A stretch of 64,000 bases of DNA from an uncultured cyanobacterium (GCA_963710605.1 CAVQBA010000004.1:1056001-1120000), one strand, 5' to 3'; positions 1-11,394 are shown, numbered from the stretch's first letter. The notes: a model not told the origin generated them from the letters alone. Program-made: numbers and translations.

Positions 1-1518
1 TCTTTGACGAGAAATACACCAATCATTTCGCTCTTTCACCATTGGCGTAATCCGATTTTTTCCTTGGGAAGGAATCCAGTTAACTTCTTCGATCGATTTT
101 AATGCTTGATCACGGAAACCATCAACAGAAGCAAACCACTGCTCAGTCGCCCGAAAAATTGTCGGTTTTTTGGTACGCCAATCATAAGGATATTTGTGAG
201 CGTATTCTTCGTGTTTTAATAAAGCATTTTTAGCCGTTAAAGCGTCGATAATAGCTTGATTACCTTGACTGACTTTTTCATCACCTTTTGCAACTACCTG
301 TAAACCAGCAAATTCTCCCGCTTCTTCGGTAAATTTACCTCCATTATCAACAGGAGAAAGAATGGGTAAATCATATTTTTGTCCAGTGATATAATCTTCT
401 TGCCCATGCCCAGGGGCGGTATGTACCAAACCTGTACCCGATTCGGTGGTGATGTAATCTCCTCCTGCAACCACAGGGCTTTCTCTGTCAAATAAAGGAT
501 GTTGATATTTACAATATTCTAATACTTCACCTTTGAAGGTAGTTTTAACAGTCAAATTTAAACCTAATGTTTGGCTAAGACTTTCAACCAAATCTTCAGC
601 CACAATCAGGAATTTAGCCCCCCTTTCAAAGGGGGGTTTGGGGGGATTATTCTTATCGTCGGATTGTGAAGGAGGGTTAGAGGAATTATTCTCTTCTTCG
701 GTTGGGGGGATAACTTCTACGACTGCATAAGTCAAATCAGGATTAATCGCCACAGCCAAATTAGCTGGTATTGTCCAAGGAGTAGTCGTCCAAATCGCTA
801 CGGCTAAATCTGGGAAAAATTCTTGTAGTTGCTCTTTGGCTTTGTCTCCTAGTTTAGTTAAAGTGAAAGCAACATAGATACTAGGAGAAGTATGTCCTTC
901 AGGATATTCTAACTCAGCTTCTGCCAAAGCAGTACGAGAGCTTGGACTCCAGTGGACGGGTTTTAAACCACGATAGATATATCCGTTTAGTGCCATCTGC
1001 CCGAATACTTCGATTTGAGCGGCTTCGTATTCTGGTTGTAGAGTTAGATAAGGATGTTCCCAATCGCCCCAAACACCAAACCTTTTAAATCCTTCGGCTT
1101 GTTTTTGCTGAGTTTCGATCGCAAAATCACGGGCTTTGTAACGCAATTCGATCGGTGTTAATCCTTTTCTTTCTTTTGATTTGAGACTTTGTAATACTTT
1201 AAGTTCGATCGGTAATCCGTGACAATCCCAACCCGGTACATAGTGGACGCGATGTCCTTGTAATAATTTATATTTATTAATAATATCTTTGAGAACTTTA
1301 TTTAAAGCATGACCCATATGCAAATCGCCGTTAGCATAAGGAGGTCCATCGTGGAGAACAAATAATTCTTTGGGGTTATTTTGACCTAATTTCTCATAAA
1401 TCTCTTCTTTTGCCCAATATTCCTGTAATTCTGGCTCTTTTTGGACTGCATTAGCTCTCATATTAAAGCTAGTCTGCGGCAAATTAACTGTATCTTTGTA
1501 ACTTTTATTCTCGCTCAC
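1..1518 (-). CDS. ileS: Isoleucyl-tRNA synthetase, 5' part (runs off the window start)
   Basis: Absent from the ORF track because no stop is in the window. Manual translation from GTG at 1518 gives [40 protein letters not shown] (HIGH motif), WTTTPWTIP and DWCISRQR in one frame. Confidence 0.97.
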   Translation of the reverse strand, partial: MSENKSYKDTVNLPQTSFNMRANAVQKEPELQEYWAKEEIYEKLGQNNPKELFVLHDGPPYANGDLHMGHALNKVLKDIINKYKLLQGHRVHYVPGWDCHGLPIELKVLQSLKSKERKGLTPIELRYKARDFAIETQQKQAEGFKRFGVWGDWEHPYLTLQPEYEAAQIEVFGQMALNGYIYRGLKPVHWSPSSRTALAEAELEYPEGHTSPSIYVAFTLTKLGDKAKEQLQEFFPDLAVAIWTTTPWTIPANLAVAINPDLTYAVVEVIPPTEEENNSSNPPSQSDDKNNPPKPPFERGAKFLIVAEDLVESLSQTLGLNLTVKTTFKGEVLEYCKYQHPLFDRESPVVAGGDYITTESGTGLVHTAPGHGQEDYITGQKYDLPILSPVDNGGKFTEEAGEFAGLQVVAKGDEKVSQGNQAIIDALTAKNALLKHEEYAHKYPYDWRTKKPTIFRATEQWFASVDGFRDQALKSIEEVNWIPSQGKNRITPMVKERNDWCISRQR

Positions 1519-1762
1519 GGCTATTTTATTTTTTCTAAATCGATTAGCTCTTTTGTGACAATTGTATCGTGAAGCAGGAAACAATGAGAATTGTTCAGTG
1601 CAAGAATTAAAAGTTGTAGTCAAGACTTTAATCCTTCTAGGAAAATGAACACTCTCGATCGTAATGATACAAAAGTTCACAATACTTATGAAAATATAAT
1701 ATAATTAGTAGGTAGTATTATATTTTTCTTACATAAACTAATTACAAATAAAGAGGTGTTTA

Positions 1763-2308
1763 ATGGTATCTTCAGAAATGACAAATAAACTTAACGAACA
1801 AATTGGCGTCGAAATATATTCCTCTCATATGTACTTACAAATGGGAGCTTGGTGTTCATACAAGTCATTAGACGGTTGTGCTAGTTTTTTGACTGCCCAT
1901 GCTGATGAGGAAGTTAATCATATGAAACGATTTTTAAACTACGTAAAAGAGATAGGCGGTTTGGCTAATATTGGTCAAATAAAATCTCCACCAGCTGAGT
2001 TTGATTCGATTGTAACTGTATTTGAAAAAATTTACAACCACGAGCAGTTTGTTACTAGTAAAATTAATGAATTAGTGACTTTAGCTGATAAAGAGTCTGA
2101 TTATTCAACACTTCAATTTTTGCAGTGGTATGTAGCCGAACAGCATGAAGAAGAAGCTCTGTTTAAAGGTGTCTTAGACAAAATCAAATTAATTGGTACA
2201 GAAGGACAAGGACTATTTTTTATTGACCAAGAAGTTGGTAAATTAGTAAAAAAAACAGACGAATCAGAAGTCGCTGAAAGCTTTGCCGTTGCTGAGGAAG
2301 TTAGTTAG
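1763..2308 (+). CDS. ftnA: Non-heme ferritin
   Basis: LNEQIGVEIYSSHMYLQM, HADEEVNH and FLQWYVAEQHEEE ferroxidase motifs; GAGG RBS. Confidence 0.93.
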   Translation: MVSSEMTNKLNEQIGVEIYSSHMYLQMGAWCSYKSLDGCASFLTAHADEEVNHMKRFLNYVKEIGGLANIGQIKSPPAEFDSIVTVFEKIYNHEQFVTSKINELVTLADKESDYSTLQFLQWYVAEQHEEEALFKGVLDKIKLIGTEGQGLFFIDQEVGKLVKKTDESEVAESFAVAEEVS

Positions 2309-2394
2309 TTCATAGTTAATAGTTAATAGTTGACGGTTAAGAGTGAAGGATAAAAAATATTTAATCGTCAATTGTTAATTATTAACTTAGTTTT

Positions 2395-3270
2395 TCAAAG
2401 ATATTTTTTCAGGATAACTTCTAAGTCTTTTTTAGTTTGTACTGGTGCTTTGTCTAAAGGTGTAAAAACAGAGCTTTTAAGGGCTTGATGAGCCTCACTT
2501 ACAAAGTAATCGCTATTGATTAATTTGACTGTCTCTTGAATGATGTCTTGAGCATTTGCCGCATTTTTATGTAGGTTTTGGATAACTTGCTCAACGGTAA
2601 CATGATCGTGAGCTGGATTCCAACAATCGTAATCAGTAACAAGGGCAAGAGTTGCATAAGCTATTTCTGCTTCTCGTGCTAATTTGGCTTCGGTTAGGTT
2701 TGTCATGCCGATAATACTTGCTCCCCAACTACGATATAAGTTAGATTCAGCGATCGTGGAAAATGCAGGTCCTTCCATACAAAGATAAGTACCACCTTGA
2801 TGTAAGTCAATCTCTGGTAAATTAAGATTTTTGATTCCTTGTGCTAAAACATCAGCTAATTGCCCACAGACAGGATTACCAAAGGCAATATGAGCGACGA
2901 TACCGTTACCAAAAAAAGTAGCATCTCTATTTTTAGTCCGATCGATAAATTGGTCGGGGATAACTAAGTCTAAGGGTTTAATTTCTGCTTGTAATGAGCC
3001 TACTGCGGAGGCGGAAATGATATATTCTACTCCTAACTGTTTAAACCCGTGAATATTAGCTTTGAAGGGTAATTCTGAAGGTAAAAGATGATGGTTTCTA
3101 CCATGACGAGCTAAGAATACTACTTTTATATCATTTAGTTTACCAACAATAAAGCTATCGGATGGTTTACCAAAAGGAGTATCAAGAGCAATCTCTTCAA
3201 CTTCTTGTAATGCTTCCATTTTATAAAGTCCGCTACCACCGATGATACCTATTTTTATTGCTTCCATCAT
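2395..3270 (-). CDS. mtnP: S-methyl-5'-thioadenosine phosphorylase
   Basis: [28 protein letters not shown] and VTDYDCW motifs. Confidence 0.95.
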   Translation of the reverse strand: MMEAIKIGIIGGSGLYKMEALQEVEEIALDTPFGKPSDSFIVGKLNDIKVVFLARHGRNHHLLPSELPFKANIHGFKQLGVEYIISASAVGSLQAEIKPLDLVIPDQFIDRTKNRDATFFGNGIVAHIAFGNPVCGQLADVLAQGIKNLNLPEIDLHQGGTYLCMEGPAFSTIAESNLYRSWGASIIGMTNLTEAKLAREAEIAYATLALVTDYDCWNPAHDHVTVEQVIQNLHKNAANAQDIIQETVKLINSDYFVSEAHQALKSSVFTPLDKAPVQTKKDLEVILKKYL

Positions 3271-3339
3271 TTATAGTTAAGAGTTAAGAGTTAAGAATTA
3301 AAAGTTGATAATTATTAATTGTTCATTACTAAGCATTTT

Positions 3340-4602
3340 TTATGGTGAATAATTAGGCGGAAATGATAAGGTGAATTTTGTCCCGTTTTTTTCTTGATTA
3401 TCAAGCCAACGATAAGGACTATCAACGTTAATTTCAAGGTTTATTTGTTCACATAATTGTTTGACTATTGCTAAACCTAAACCGCTACCATCTATATCAG
3501 AGTATTTTTGTTGACCTCGATAATGCCTGTCAAAAATCTTGCTTTGATCTTCAGGTGGAATACCATAACCTGTGTCGGCAACAGTAATTTGAGGAGAATG
3601 ATCTCGATCGTTATTAATTTCAATCAAAATACTACCATTTTTCGGAGTATATTTAACTGCATTTTCCATTAAATTATAGACAATCTCAGTCAAAGCTTTA
3701 GCGTTACTCATCACAGGAAATAAGTTCGGTTTAATTCGATCGTAAACAGTAATATTTTTTTCACTAGCAATAGTTTTGATCGTCTCGATGATGGGTGTGA
3801 CGACTTCTATTGTATTTGTGGGTGTTAAAGATTCGACATTTTCAGTTAAGAAAAAACTAGTAGATTGACTATCAGCTAAAGTATATGTTTGATAATCCTG
3901 TTTTTGCCACTGTTGATTAAAATCATTAATCAATTCTTTTAATCGATCGCCTTGTCTAATGATACTTTCACTTGTCTGATAATTAGAATCTTCAGGAACA
4001 ATTTTTCTTAATAAAACTTTAGCAAAAGTACCGATCGCTGTTAAAGGATTTTTAAGTTGATGAAGAAAATCATCTAAATGTTCATCTTTTAATTGTTGTA
4101 ATTTTTGAATTTGAGTATATTTTGTTTCTAAATGCTGTTGTTTTTGTTCTAAAAGACGAGCAATAGCAATAGTTTGAGCAACTTCTTTAATTTCAATTAT
4201 TTCATGAGACTGCCAAGACTCACTTCTACGAGTAGTTGCGAGTAAACCAAAAACCATATCTTGGTATAAAAGCGGTAATACTAACTGATTCGGACTAGTA
4301 TCATTAATCCGCTTTCGTTCTTGTTTGTCTGTCAGTAATTCTTCTTCTATAACATCGTCTAAAACATAACTCACCTTTTCATCGACAACAGTATCGAAAA
4401 AAGAAGGTAATAAATTTTGTTTGGAGATAGGAGATGAGTTAGGATAAACCACAACAGGAATCAATTTAGGTTCTTGGTGATAGTTTTTGGTTAAATAAAT
4501 CGCACTTTCTTGGACGAGAAAGTTTTGGAATAATAAACTAAGTTGAGATTCGCAAAGATCGATAAATTCATCACTAACCCTAATATCTTCATATTGAGGC
4601 AT
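3340..4602 (-). CDS. hik2: GAF-domain sensor histidine kinase, Hik2/CSK-like
   Basis: N-terminal FIDLCESQL with conserved Cys, GAF-like region, H-box LHQLKNPLTA, N-box NLMENAVKY, DTGYGI and GSGLGL. Confidence 0.8.
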   Translation of the reverse strand: MPQYEDIRVSDEFIDLCESQLSLLFQNFLVQESAIYLTKNYHQEPKLIPVVVYPNSSPISKQNLLPSFFDTVVDEKVSYVLDDVIEEELLTDKQERKRINDTSPNQLVLPLLYQDMVFGLLATTRRSESWQSHEIIEIKEVAQTIAIARLLEQKQQHLETKYTQIQKLQQLKDEHLDDFLHQLKNPLTAIGTFAKVLLRKIVPEDSNYQTSESIIRQGDRLKELINDFNQQWQKQDYQTYTLADSQSTSFFLTENVESLTPTNTIEVVTPIIETIKTIASEKNITVYDRIKPNLFPVMSNAKALTEIVYNLMENAVKYTPKNGSILIEINNDRDHSPQITVADTGYGIPPEDQSKIFDRHYRGQQKYSDIDGSGLGLAIVKQLCEQINLEINVDSPYRWLDNQEKNGTKFTLSFPPNYSP

Positions 4603-4648
4603 AGTATTGACTGACTAATTGATAATTATTTGAATTGTTTATCTATTA

Positions 4649-4685
4649 TAGGTTGGGTTGGGTGTGGTTTCCTCTACCCAACTAC
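4649..4685. repeat. GTAG-type REP-like palindromic repeat
   Basis: Reads GTAGTTGGGTAGAGG...ACCCAACC on the minus strand; similar elements at 40562-40585 and 57376-57400. Confidence 0.5.
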
Positions 4686-4705
4686 AGAATTTGAGATTAT
4701 TTGCT

Positions 4706-5806
4706 TTATTGATGAGCTATACAAGCGGTTAATTGTTGTTTAATCTTCTCTTCATCAAGATTTTGACCGATAAAAACCAATTTATTTTGTTTAGGTTGTT
4801 GGGGTTTCCACAAATCATCTTCGATCGTGAAACGTTTACCACTCAAATGAAATATATGTCTTTCGGGGCTTTCAATAAACCACAAAATACCCTTAGCTCG
4901 AAATACATCAGCCGATAACTGATTATCTAAAAAGTTTTGTAATTTACGAATATAAAATGGTTTGTCACTGACAAAAGAAACTGAGATAAAACCATCATTT
5001 TCTAAATGTGCCGAATGATGATGATGTTCGTGGTCATGATTATGATCGTGATCGTGATGAGCTTTTTCATCGTGGTGATGATGTTCGTGGTCATGGTTAT
5101 GATCATGATCATGATCGTGGTTATGTTCGTCTTCATTACTATCATAATACTTATCAGACTCAAACAAACCAACACTAAGAATTAAAGGTAAAGAAACTTG
5201 TGACTTTTTAGTTCGTATAATTCTCGCATCTGCTTTGATGTCTCTTAATCTTGTTTCTAATAAATCAACATCAGCGGTATCAACTAAATCAGTTTTATTA
5301 ATTAAAATAATATCACCATAGGCAATTTGGTTATAAGCGGCTTCACTGTTGAATAAATCAATACTAAAGTTTTCGCTATCGACTAAAGTAACGATCGAAT
5401 CTAGCCTTGTCATCTCTCTCAATTCTGTGCCTAAAAAAGTTAAAGCAACGGGTAAAGGATCGGCTATACCGGTTGTTTCTACTACCAAATAATCTACTTT
5501 ATCTTCTCTTTCTAAAATTTTATAAACCGCATCAACTAAGTCGGTGTTGATAGTACAACAAATACAACCATTACTTAATTCCACCATTGTTTCATCGGCA
5601 GAAACGATCAAATCATTATCAATACCAATCTCACCAAATTCATTAACTAAAACTGCTGTTTTGATTCCCTGTTGATTTTGCAATATATGATTGAGTAACG
5701 TGGTTTTACCACTACCTAAAAATCCAGTAATGATTGTAACAGGTAAACCATATTTAGGTACATCCATCCCTTCGACTGTTGGGGTTACTGATTTTACTTG
5801 AGCCAT
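4706..5806 (-). CDS. COG0523/CobW family G3E metallochaperone GTPase with His-rich insert
   Basis: GFLGSGKTT, NEFG, GCICC, ETTG and NKTD motifs, long HDH-rich stretch, CobW_C-like tail. Confidence 0.93.
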   Translation of the reverse strand: MAQVKSVTPTVEGMDVPKYGLPVTIITGFLGSGKTTLLNHILQNQQGIKTAVLVNEFGEIGIDNDLIVSADETMVELSNGCICCTINTDLVDAVYKILEREDKVDYLVVETTGIADPLPVALTFLGTELREMTRLDSIVTLVDSENFSIDLFNSEAAYNQIAYGDIILINKTDLVDTADVDLLETRLRDIKADARIIRTKKSQVSLPLILSVGLFESDKYYDSNEDEHNHDHDHDHNHDHEHHHHDEKAHHDHDHNHDHEHHHHSAHLENDGFISVSFVSDKPFYIRKLQNFLDNQLSADVFRAKGILWFIESPERHIFHLSGKRFTIEDDLWKPQQPKQNKLVFIGQNLDEEKIKQQLTACIAHQ

Positions 5807-6044
5807 AATAATTGCTATTTATTTTTTGTAACTATGCTATTTTTTGATCTTCAATCTTTATCATATCGTTCAATAATTAATAATTAATCATTAATAGTTA
5901 ATAATACTTCGATAATTCCATTAACTTGTTATGACAAGTACGAATAAACCTCAGTTTTTTTATTTTTAAGCAAGAATAACCAGTTTATTTGCTAATCATT
6001 AGTTAATAATTTCAGCTAAAATTTCTAAATTGACGAAAATATTT

Positions 6045-6216
6045 GGTATCCTTGCCCCGTCGTTCACGACGGCTTTTTAGTTTTGTTTGCTATAATTTGA
6101 TACTATGTTAACTAATATCAAATTAATCCTGTGTTTGTTGTATAATATAAGGTCAGGGCAAGTAACTTCAATAAACCAAGAATCCCCCTTTTTCTTCTAG
6201 GGCGGGTAAGCGTCAA
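6045..6216 (+). mobile_element. Non-autonomous IS200/IS605-derived miniature element (PATE-like)
   Basis: Left hairpin CCGTCG-TTCA-CGACGG; right end AAGAATCCCCC...TAGGGCGGG...GTCAA ending in TCAA; no ORF. Confidence 0.6.
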
Positions 6217-6284
6217 GAAGCCTTCTTCGGAAGTTTGCTCTACATTATTTTCCGTTCGATTGCCCAAGTGCGATCTAGATAAAT

Positions 6285-6776
6285 ATGAAAACAGATTTTA
6301 ATAGTTTGAATCGTCAACCTTTAATAATTGCAGGTATATTACTCGGCTTAGGACAGGCGGGCTTTTTTGATGGAATTGTTTTTCATCAACTGCTGCAATG
6401 GCATCATATGTTTAGTAACGTTGAAACTACTAATACTGTTTTAGGCTTAGAATTAAATACTTTAGGTGATGGTTTATTCCATTTAGTGGACTGGCTATTG
6501 ACTTTGTCTGGCTTGATAGTATTATGGTTGACTATTAAAAGAAATGATGTAAATCTTTCTACTGCTGTTTTTATTGGTGCTTTTTGTATTGGTGCAGGAA
6601 TGTTTAACATCACCGAAGGTATATTAAGTCATCATATTCTTCAAATTCATCATGTCAAACCAGGAGAGCATCAGCTTGCATGGGATTTAAGCTTTATTGG
6701 CGGGGGGATTTTATCGGCAATTATTGGCGGGATAATTCTCAACCGCCCGACCAATCTTAATCTACCAAACGAGTAA
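6285..6776 (+). CDS. DUF2243 family membrane protein
   Basis: GFFDGIVFHQLLQWHHM, DGLFH and HHILQIHHV motifs; hydrophobic helices. Confidence 0.85.
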   Translation: MKTDFNSLNRQPLIIAGILLGLGQAGFFDGIVFHQLLQWHHMFSNVETTNTVLGLELNTLGDGLFHLVDWLLTLSGLIVLWLTIKRNDVNLSTAVFIGAFCIGAGMFNITEGILSHHILQIHHVKPGEHQLAWDLSFIGGGILSAIIGGIILNRPTNLNLPNE

Positions 6777-6922
6777 AATAAGTCTATCTCGAGTGAGTCT
6801 AAATTTATTGAAAATAAACTTTAATCACACCTGAAATAGTCTCAGTCAACAACCAAGCGACTAAAATTCATCTTGTATAAGCATTATATCGAATTTTATC
6901 TTTTTATTTTGTTTAAGTACCG

Positions 6923-9097
6923 CTAACTTTGAGAAAGCAAATTTTCTTTTTTCAAACTAAGTAATTTTTGCATCAACTCCAGCCATTGTTTTTCTTCTGC
7001 GGTAACTTTTTCATCAGCAAAAGCATTTTCTAACCATTGCTCATCTTCGGTTGTAATTGTCATCAGCGGAATTTGAGCTAGACGAGATAAATCCCAACGC
7101 CATAATTTAATTGTACAATCAGCACTGGCACTAACCAAAGTATTACCATTAGGGCTAAATTTGACCACAGAAATGCTTTTTTGATGTCCTGTTAAAGTAT
7201 TAACTAATTCACCATTACTCAAATTCCATAGTTTAACAATACCATCAGTACTTCCTGTTGCTAGTAACTGACTATCATGACTAATATCGATCGAAACGAT
7301 CGCACTATCATTATCTGTCAAATCATATTTTAGTTCGTTTTTTTGTAAACACCAAACTTTAACTGTTTTATCTTCACTGGCACTAACTAAGGTATTACCA
7401 TCAGTACTAATCTTTAAACACCATATCGGTTGTTGATGCCCTGTTAAAGTAGTAATTTCTTGACCATCAATTAATGACCATAACTTAATTTGAGCATCTT
7501 TTCCTGCACTAGCAACGATCGTATCATCGGGATTAATAACCAAATCCCAAATCCCTTTCGTATGACCTTTAAAAGTATATTTTTCCTCTCCATCAGGTAA
7601 AGTATAGACTCTCACCGTATTATCGTTACTACCACCTGCACTAATTAATAGATTTTCATCATGACTAATAATTAGCTTTTGTACTTCTCTTTGATGCCCT
7701 TCTAAAACTTGATCTAATGTGCCCGGAGGATATTTCCAGAGGCGAACTTCTCGATAACCAGCACTAGCAATCACTTTCAAATCATCCGTCATCGCTAATG
7801 ACCAAACAGAGGAATTATTCCGAGATAAATTAGCAATCAAATTACCTTCTGGTAAACGCCATAAACTAATTGTTTGATCACGACTACCACTGGCTAACAT
7901 CGAACCATCATTATTTAGACAAAGACTAGTAACCCCTTTTAAATGACCTTTAAAAGTATCAATCAAACTTCCTTGATCAAGACTCCAATAATTGATAACT
8001 TCGCCTCCTGCACTAAGTAAAACTTGGCTATCAGCACTTATTACTAAAGACTCGATCGATTGAGAATGTTCATCTAAAGTATGAAGTAAACGGACTAATT
8101 TACCTTGAGGTGGAGTTTTCTGAGAAACTTTTTTCCACAATTGATCAAATTCTCCTAGTTGCATTTTTAGCTCAGGATTTTTAATCACCATACGTTTAGT
8201 TTTAAGTTTACTAACTATTTTTTGTGACCAGATAAGAGGAAAATAAGGTAGTAATGACCAAACTAATTGCCAATGCTGTCCTTGGAAAAGAACTTGTAAA
8301 AAAGTCTCCCATTCGTCATCTTTAATCTGATTTAATCTTCTTCCTTCTTTACCACCAAAACGCATCCATAACCATTCTAGACGACGTAATTTTTGTCCAT
8401 GTTCATCGATTCTCGTTTGTAAATTTGATGAACCTGTATAATAAGTTTCTTCTAAAAGTTTGTATTCAGAATCTGTATTACGATACTCATCCCATTGCTG
8501 AGTTAGATAATAAAATAAAGCGGCTTGCTCTGGCTTTGTCGGAATATAACCATTTTTAGTCGCTACTTCTAATGCTGTTTGATTATTTTCTTCTGTTGCT
8601 AAACGACAAACTTCTGCTTGTAATTCCTCGGTATCAAAAGAAGCTGACCATTCATTAGCTGTGTTTTTAATCCAACTTTGTTCATCATCAAGATAAGACA
8701 AAAGAGGTTTGACTACACTAACACCTTTTTCGGTGATAATTCCTTGCCAATTTAAATTCAGAGCAGTTAAAACTCGCAAGTGAAGGGGACGAGAGGCAAC
8801 CCAACCTTTTAACTTGAGCAGTGTACTTAATTCTGAATCTCTTTTTTCTGCCCAAACCTGACATACAGCATTAATTAATTCTTTTTCCTGAATTTTTAAT
8901 TGGCTTAATGCAGTATAAATTTGTTTACCAAACTTAGAATTTTGATGAAAAACTAATGCCTCAGCGAGTATTTTGATAGTGGAGAAATCTTTGGTTTCAA
9001 TAAGTTCTTTAAAAGCTTGTTGTTTGATGCGATCGCCTAAAAAAGGAGTTTCATTGTATAGTTTCTCTTCTAGTTTTTTGAGCTTACCCTCGTCCAT
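6923..9097 (-). CDS. WD40-repeat protein with helical N-terminal region
   Basis: Multiple GH...W repeats (e.g. LTGHQKSISVVKFSPNGNTLVSASADCTIKLW) in the C-terminal half. Confidence 0.9.
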   Translation of the reverse strand: MDEGKLKKLEEKLYNETPFLGDRIKQQAFKELIETKDFSTIKILAEALVFHQNSKFGKQIYTALSQLKIQEKELINAVCQVWAEKRDSELSTLLKLKGWVASRPLHLRVLTALNLNWQGIITEKGVSVVKPLLSYLDDEQSWIKNTANEWSASFDTEELQAEVCRLATEENNQTALEVATKNGYIPTKPEQAALFYYLTQQWDEYRNTDSEYKLLEETYYTGSSNLQTRIDEHGQKLRRLEWLWMRFGGKEGRRLNQIKDDEWETFLQVLFQGQHWQLVWSLLPYFPLIWSQKIVSKLKTKRMVIKNPELKMQLGEFDQLWKKVSQKTPPQGKLVRLLHTLDEHSQSIESLVISADSQVLLSAGGEVINYWSLDQGSLIDTFKGHLKGVTSLCLNNDGSMLASGSRDQTISLWRLPEGNLIANLSRNNSSVWSLAMTDDLKVIASAGYREVRLWKYPPGTLDQVLEGHQREVQKLIISHDENLLISAGGSNDNTVRVYTLPDGEEKYTFKGHTKGIWDLVINPDDTIVASAGKDAQIKLWSLIDGQEITTLTGHQQPIWCLKISTDGNTLVSASEDKTVKVWCLQKNELKYDLTDNDSAIVSIDISHDSQLLATGSTDGIVKLWNLSNGELVNTLTGHQKSISVVKFSPNGNTLVSASADCTIKLWRWDLSRLAQIPLMTITTEDEQWLENAFADEKVTAEEKQWLELMQKLLSLKKENLLSQS

Positions 9098-9218
9098 ATT
9101 GATTAATAATTGGTAATTGGTAATTGATAATTGATAATTGCGATAGAAATTTATTTAAATAATAAGCATCTACAGTCATATAATAGCTACTCAGACAGAC
9201 TCATTGGTTATATTATAT

Positions 9219-9698
9219 TCAATTTTTTTTAATTAATAACACGACTGCATAAGCACAAATAGCTTCTTCTCTACCAACCGGGCCAAGTTTTTCATTGGTA
9301 GTAGCTTTAATACTAATTTGATCTGACTCAATAGTGAGTTTGTTTGCAATTGAATCGATCATCTTTGGTAAATGAGGTTTTAGTTTAGGGCGTTCGGCAA
9401 CTACTGTACTATCAATATTACCAATACTCCAACCTTTGTCGGTAATCAGATTATGAACTTGCTCCAATAACATCATACTATCTGCTCCTGCCCACTGAGG
9501 ATCAGTAGGAGGAAAATAATGACCGATATCACCTAAACTTAAAGCACCCAGCATGGCATCCATGATGGCGTGAGTTAAAACATCAGCATCACTATGACCG
9601 AGTAAACCTTTACTGTGTTCTATTTTTATCCCACCTAAAATCAAAGAACGATTTTCTACTAATTGGTGTAAATCATAACCGTTACCGATTCTAATCAT
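9219..9698 (-). CDS. ispF: 2-C-methyl-D-erythritol 2,4-cyclodiphosphate synthase
   Basis: [20 protein letters not shown] and KATTNEKLG motifs; start moved to MIRIG at 9698. Confidence 0.95.
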   Translation of the reverse strand: MIRIGNGYDLHQLVENRSLILGGIKIEHSKGLLGHSDADVLTHAIMDAMLGALSLGDIGHYFPPTDPQWAGADSMMLLEQVHNLITDKGWSIGNIDSTVVAERPKLKPHLPKMIDSIANKLTIESDQISIKATTNEKLGPVGREEAICAYAVVLLIKKN

Positions 9699-9969
9699 TA
9701 TTTTTATTTTATTGGTTGATTTGAAACAAGTCACCGATCGTTATTTTATCTTATTGGTTTACACTCCTCAATATCTAAAAGCAAATAATTATTGATGGAA
9801 AAGTAATTAACGATCGAGAGAAAAGTTAGTATCATAGAGTCATTATTAACAAAGAATTATCGAGTCACTAAGTAAGAATCAAGTAAAAAGTACTCATTAT
9901 TTACGATTCATTGCTATTATTTTTGTTTCTATATTTTTATTATTGCCGAAAAAATCAATTTGTATTATT

Positions 9970-10221
9970 GTGAACGACGAAAACAAGCCAGAAAAAGAAC
10001 AATATCTTTATCCTAAAAGCTCATATCGAGGAAAATTCACCCCGGAAAATTTGGTACTTAATGCTAATCTTCAAGAATTTACTCAAAAAATCAGCTATAT
10101 TTGTAATTTAGAAACCAACGGTAAAATATCTCCTCAAGAAGCATATCGACAAATTAAAGATTTGTGGAAAAATTTTCATAATAGTGCTAAAAATTTAGGT
10201 ATCAACGACGAACAAAAATAA
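9970..10221 (+). CDS. Small conserved cyanobacterial protein
   Basis: YLYP..Y.G.FTPENL..NANLQEF.Q....IC.LET.GKISP..AY..IK.LW pattern recognised in cyanobacterial hypothetical proteins; GTG start at 9970 is a guess. Confidence 0.75.
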   Translation: MNDENKPEKEQYLYPKSSYRGKFTPENLVLNANLQEFTQKISYICNLETNGKISPQEAYRQIKDLWKNFHNSAKNLGINDEQK

Positions 10222-10256
10222 TCTACAATTCAAATTGTTATCCTAATAGTTAAATT

Positions 10257-11282
10257 ATGTCTCGTGCTAAATCATTACAGTCTTATATAATTGCTCGTTT
10301 ACTGCTCGCTCCTCTCATGTTATGGATGATCGTCACGATCGTTTTTTTGTTATTAAGAGCAACCCCCGGAGACCCTGCTGATGCTATTTTAGGGACAAGA
10401 GCTCCTGAATCCGCAAAACAAGCATTAAGAGAAGAATTAGGTTTAGATGCTCCTTTAATCGTGCAGTATGGTACTTATTTAGCTCAAGTATTAAGGTTCG
10501 ATTTAGGTTCTTCTTTAACTAGTCGAGGACAAAATGTTTGGGACGTAATACAACAATATTTCCCTGCCACTGTCGAATTAGCTTTAATCGGTATCCTAAT
10601 TGCATTAACCATTGGGATGACTGTAGGTATTATTTCGGCAATGAATCCGAATAGCGGTTGGGATTTGGGCGGACGACTTTTTGGGATTATTACTTATGCT
10701 TTACCTTTGTTTTGGGTAGGTATGATTATGCAATTAATTTTTTCTGTGCAACTGAGGTGGTTTCCTTTAGGTACACGTTTTCCTGTGGGGATAGAAACAC
10801 CAAATACTATTACAGGTTTGTACACGATCGATAGTTTATTAACTTTTAATCTACCCCAGTTTTTTACTTCTGTCTATTATCTGACATTACCTTGTTTTAC
10901 TTTAGGGTTATTATTGAGTGGTATTTTTGAGCGGATTGTGCGAGTTAATTTGAGGATGACATTACAATCAGAATATGTCGAAGCCGCCAGAGCGAGGGGT
11001 ATTCAAGAAAGAAAAATTTTGTTTTCTCATGCTTTAAAAAATGCGATGATTCCTGTTATTACGGTGATGGGTTTAACTTTTGCCGCCTTATTAGGAGGTG
11101 CTGTTTTAACTGAGGTGACTTTTTCTTGGCCGGGTTTAGGTAATCGTTTGTATGAAGCGATTTCGTTACGTGATTATCCGACTGTACAAGGTATTATGGT
11201 CTTTTTTGGTTCGATCGTTGTTTTTGCTAGTATTTTGATTGATATCATTAATGCTTTAATCGATCCTAGAATACGCTACTAA
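10257..11282 (+). CDS. Peptide/nickel ABC transporter permease (DppB/OppB family)
   Basis: PGDPA, DLGSS, EAA loop (YVEAARARG), HALKNA and C-terminal DPRIRY. Confidence 0.93.
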   Translation: MSRAKSLQSYIIARLLLAPLMLWMIVTIVFLLLRATPGDPADAILGTRAPESAKQALREELGLDAPLIVQYGTYLAQVLRFDLGSSLTSRGQNVWDVIQQYFPATVELALIGILIALTIGMTVGIISAMNPNSGWDLGGRLFGIITYALPLFWVGMIMQLIFSVQLRWFPLGTRFPVGIETPNTITGLYTIDSLLTFNLPQFFTSVYYLTLPCFTLGLLLSGIFERIVRVNLRMTLQSEYVEAARARGIQERKILFSHALKNAMIPVITVMGLTFAALLGGAVLTEVTFSWPGLGNRLYEAISLRDYPTVQGIMVFFGSIVVFASILIDIINALIDPRIRY

Positions 11283-11394
11283 TCAATTGAGAATAAATAA
11301 TTAAACTACCTATTTACTCTAGAGACTATTATCTATTCGATCGTTTTGTTGGTTGTATAATTAAATTAATCATACTTATATAAACTTTAGAGTA

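Noticed and set aside
294-730. Short ORFs 294-491 and 533-730
   Set aside because: Alternative-frame or antisense ORFs inside ileS. Similar short overlaps inside other genes were also discarded.
5810-5940. Zur/Fur box upstream of the COG0523 gene
   Set aside because: Only weak AT-rich partial matches, indistinguishable from background.
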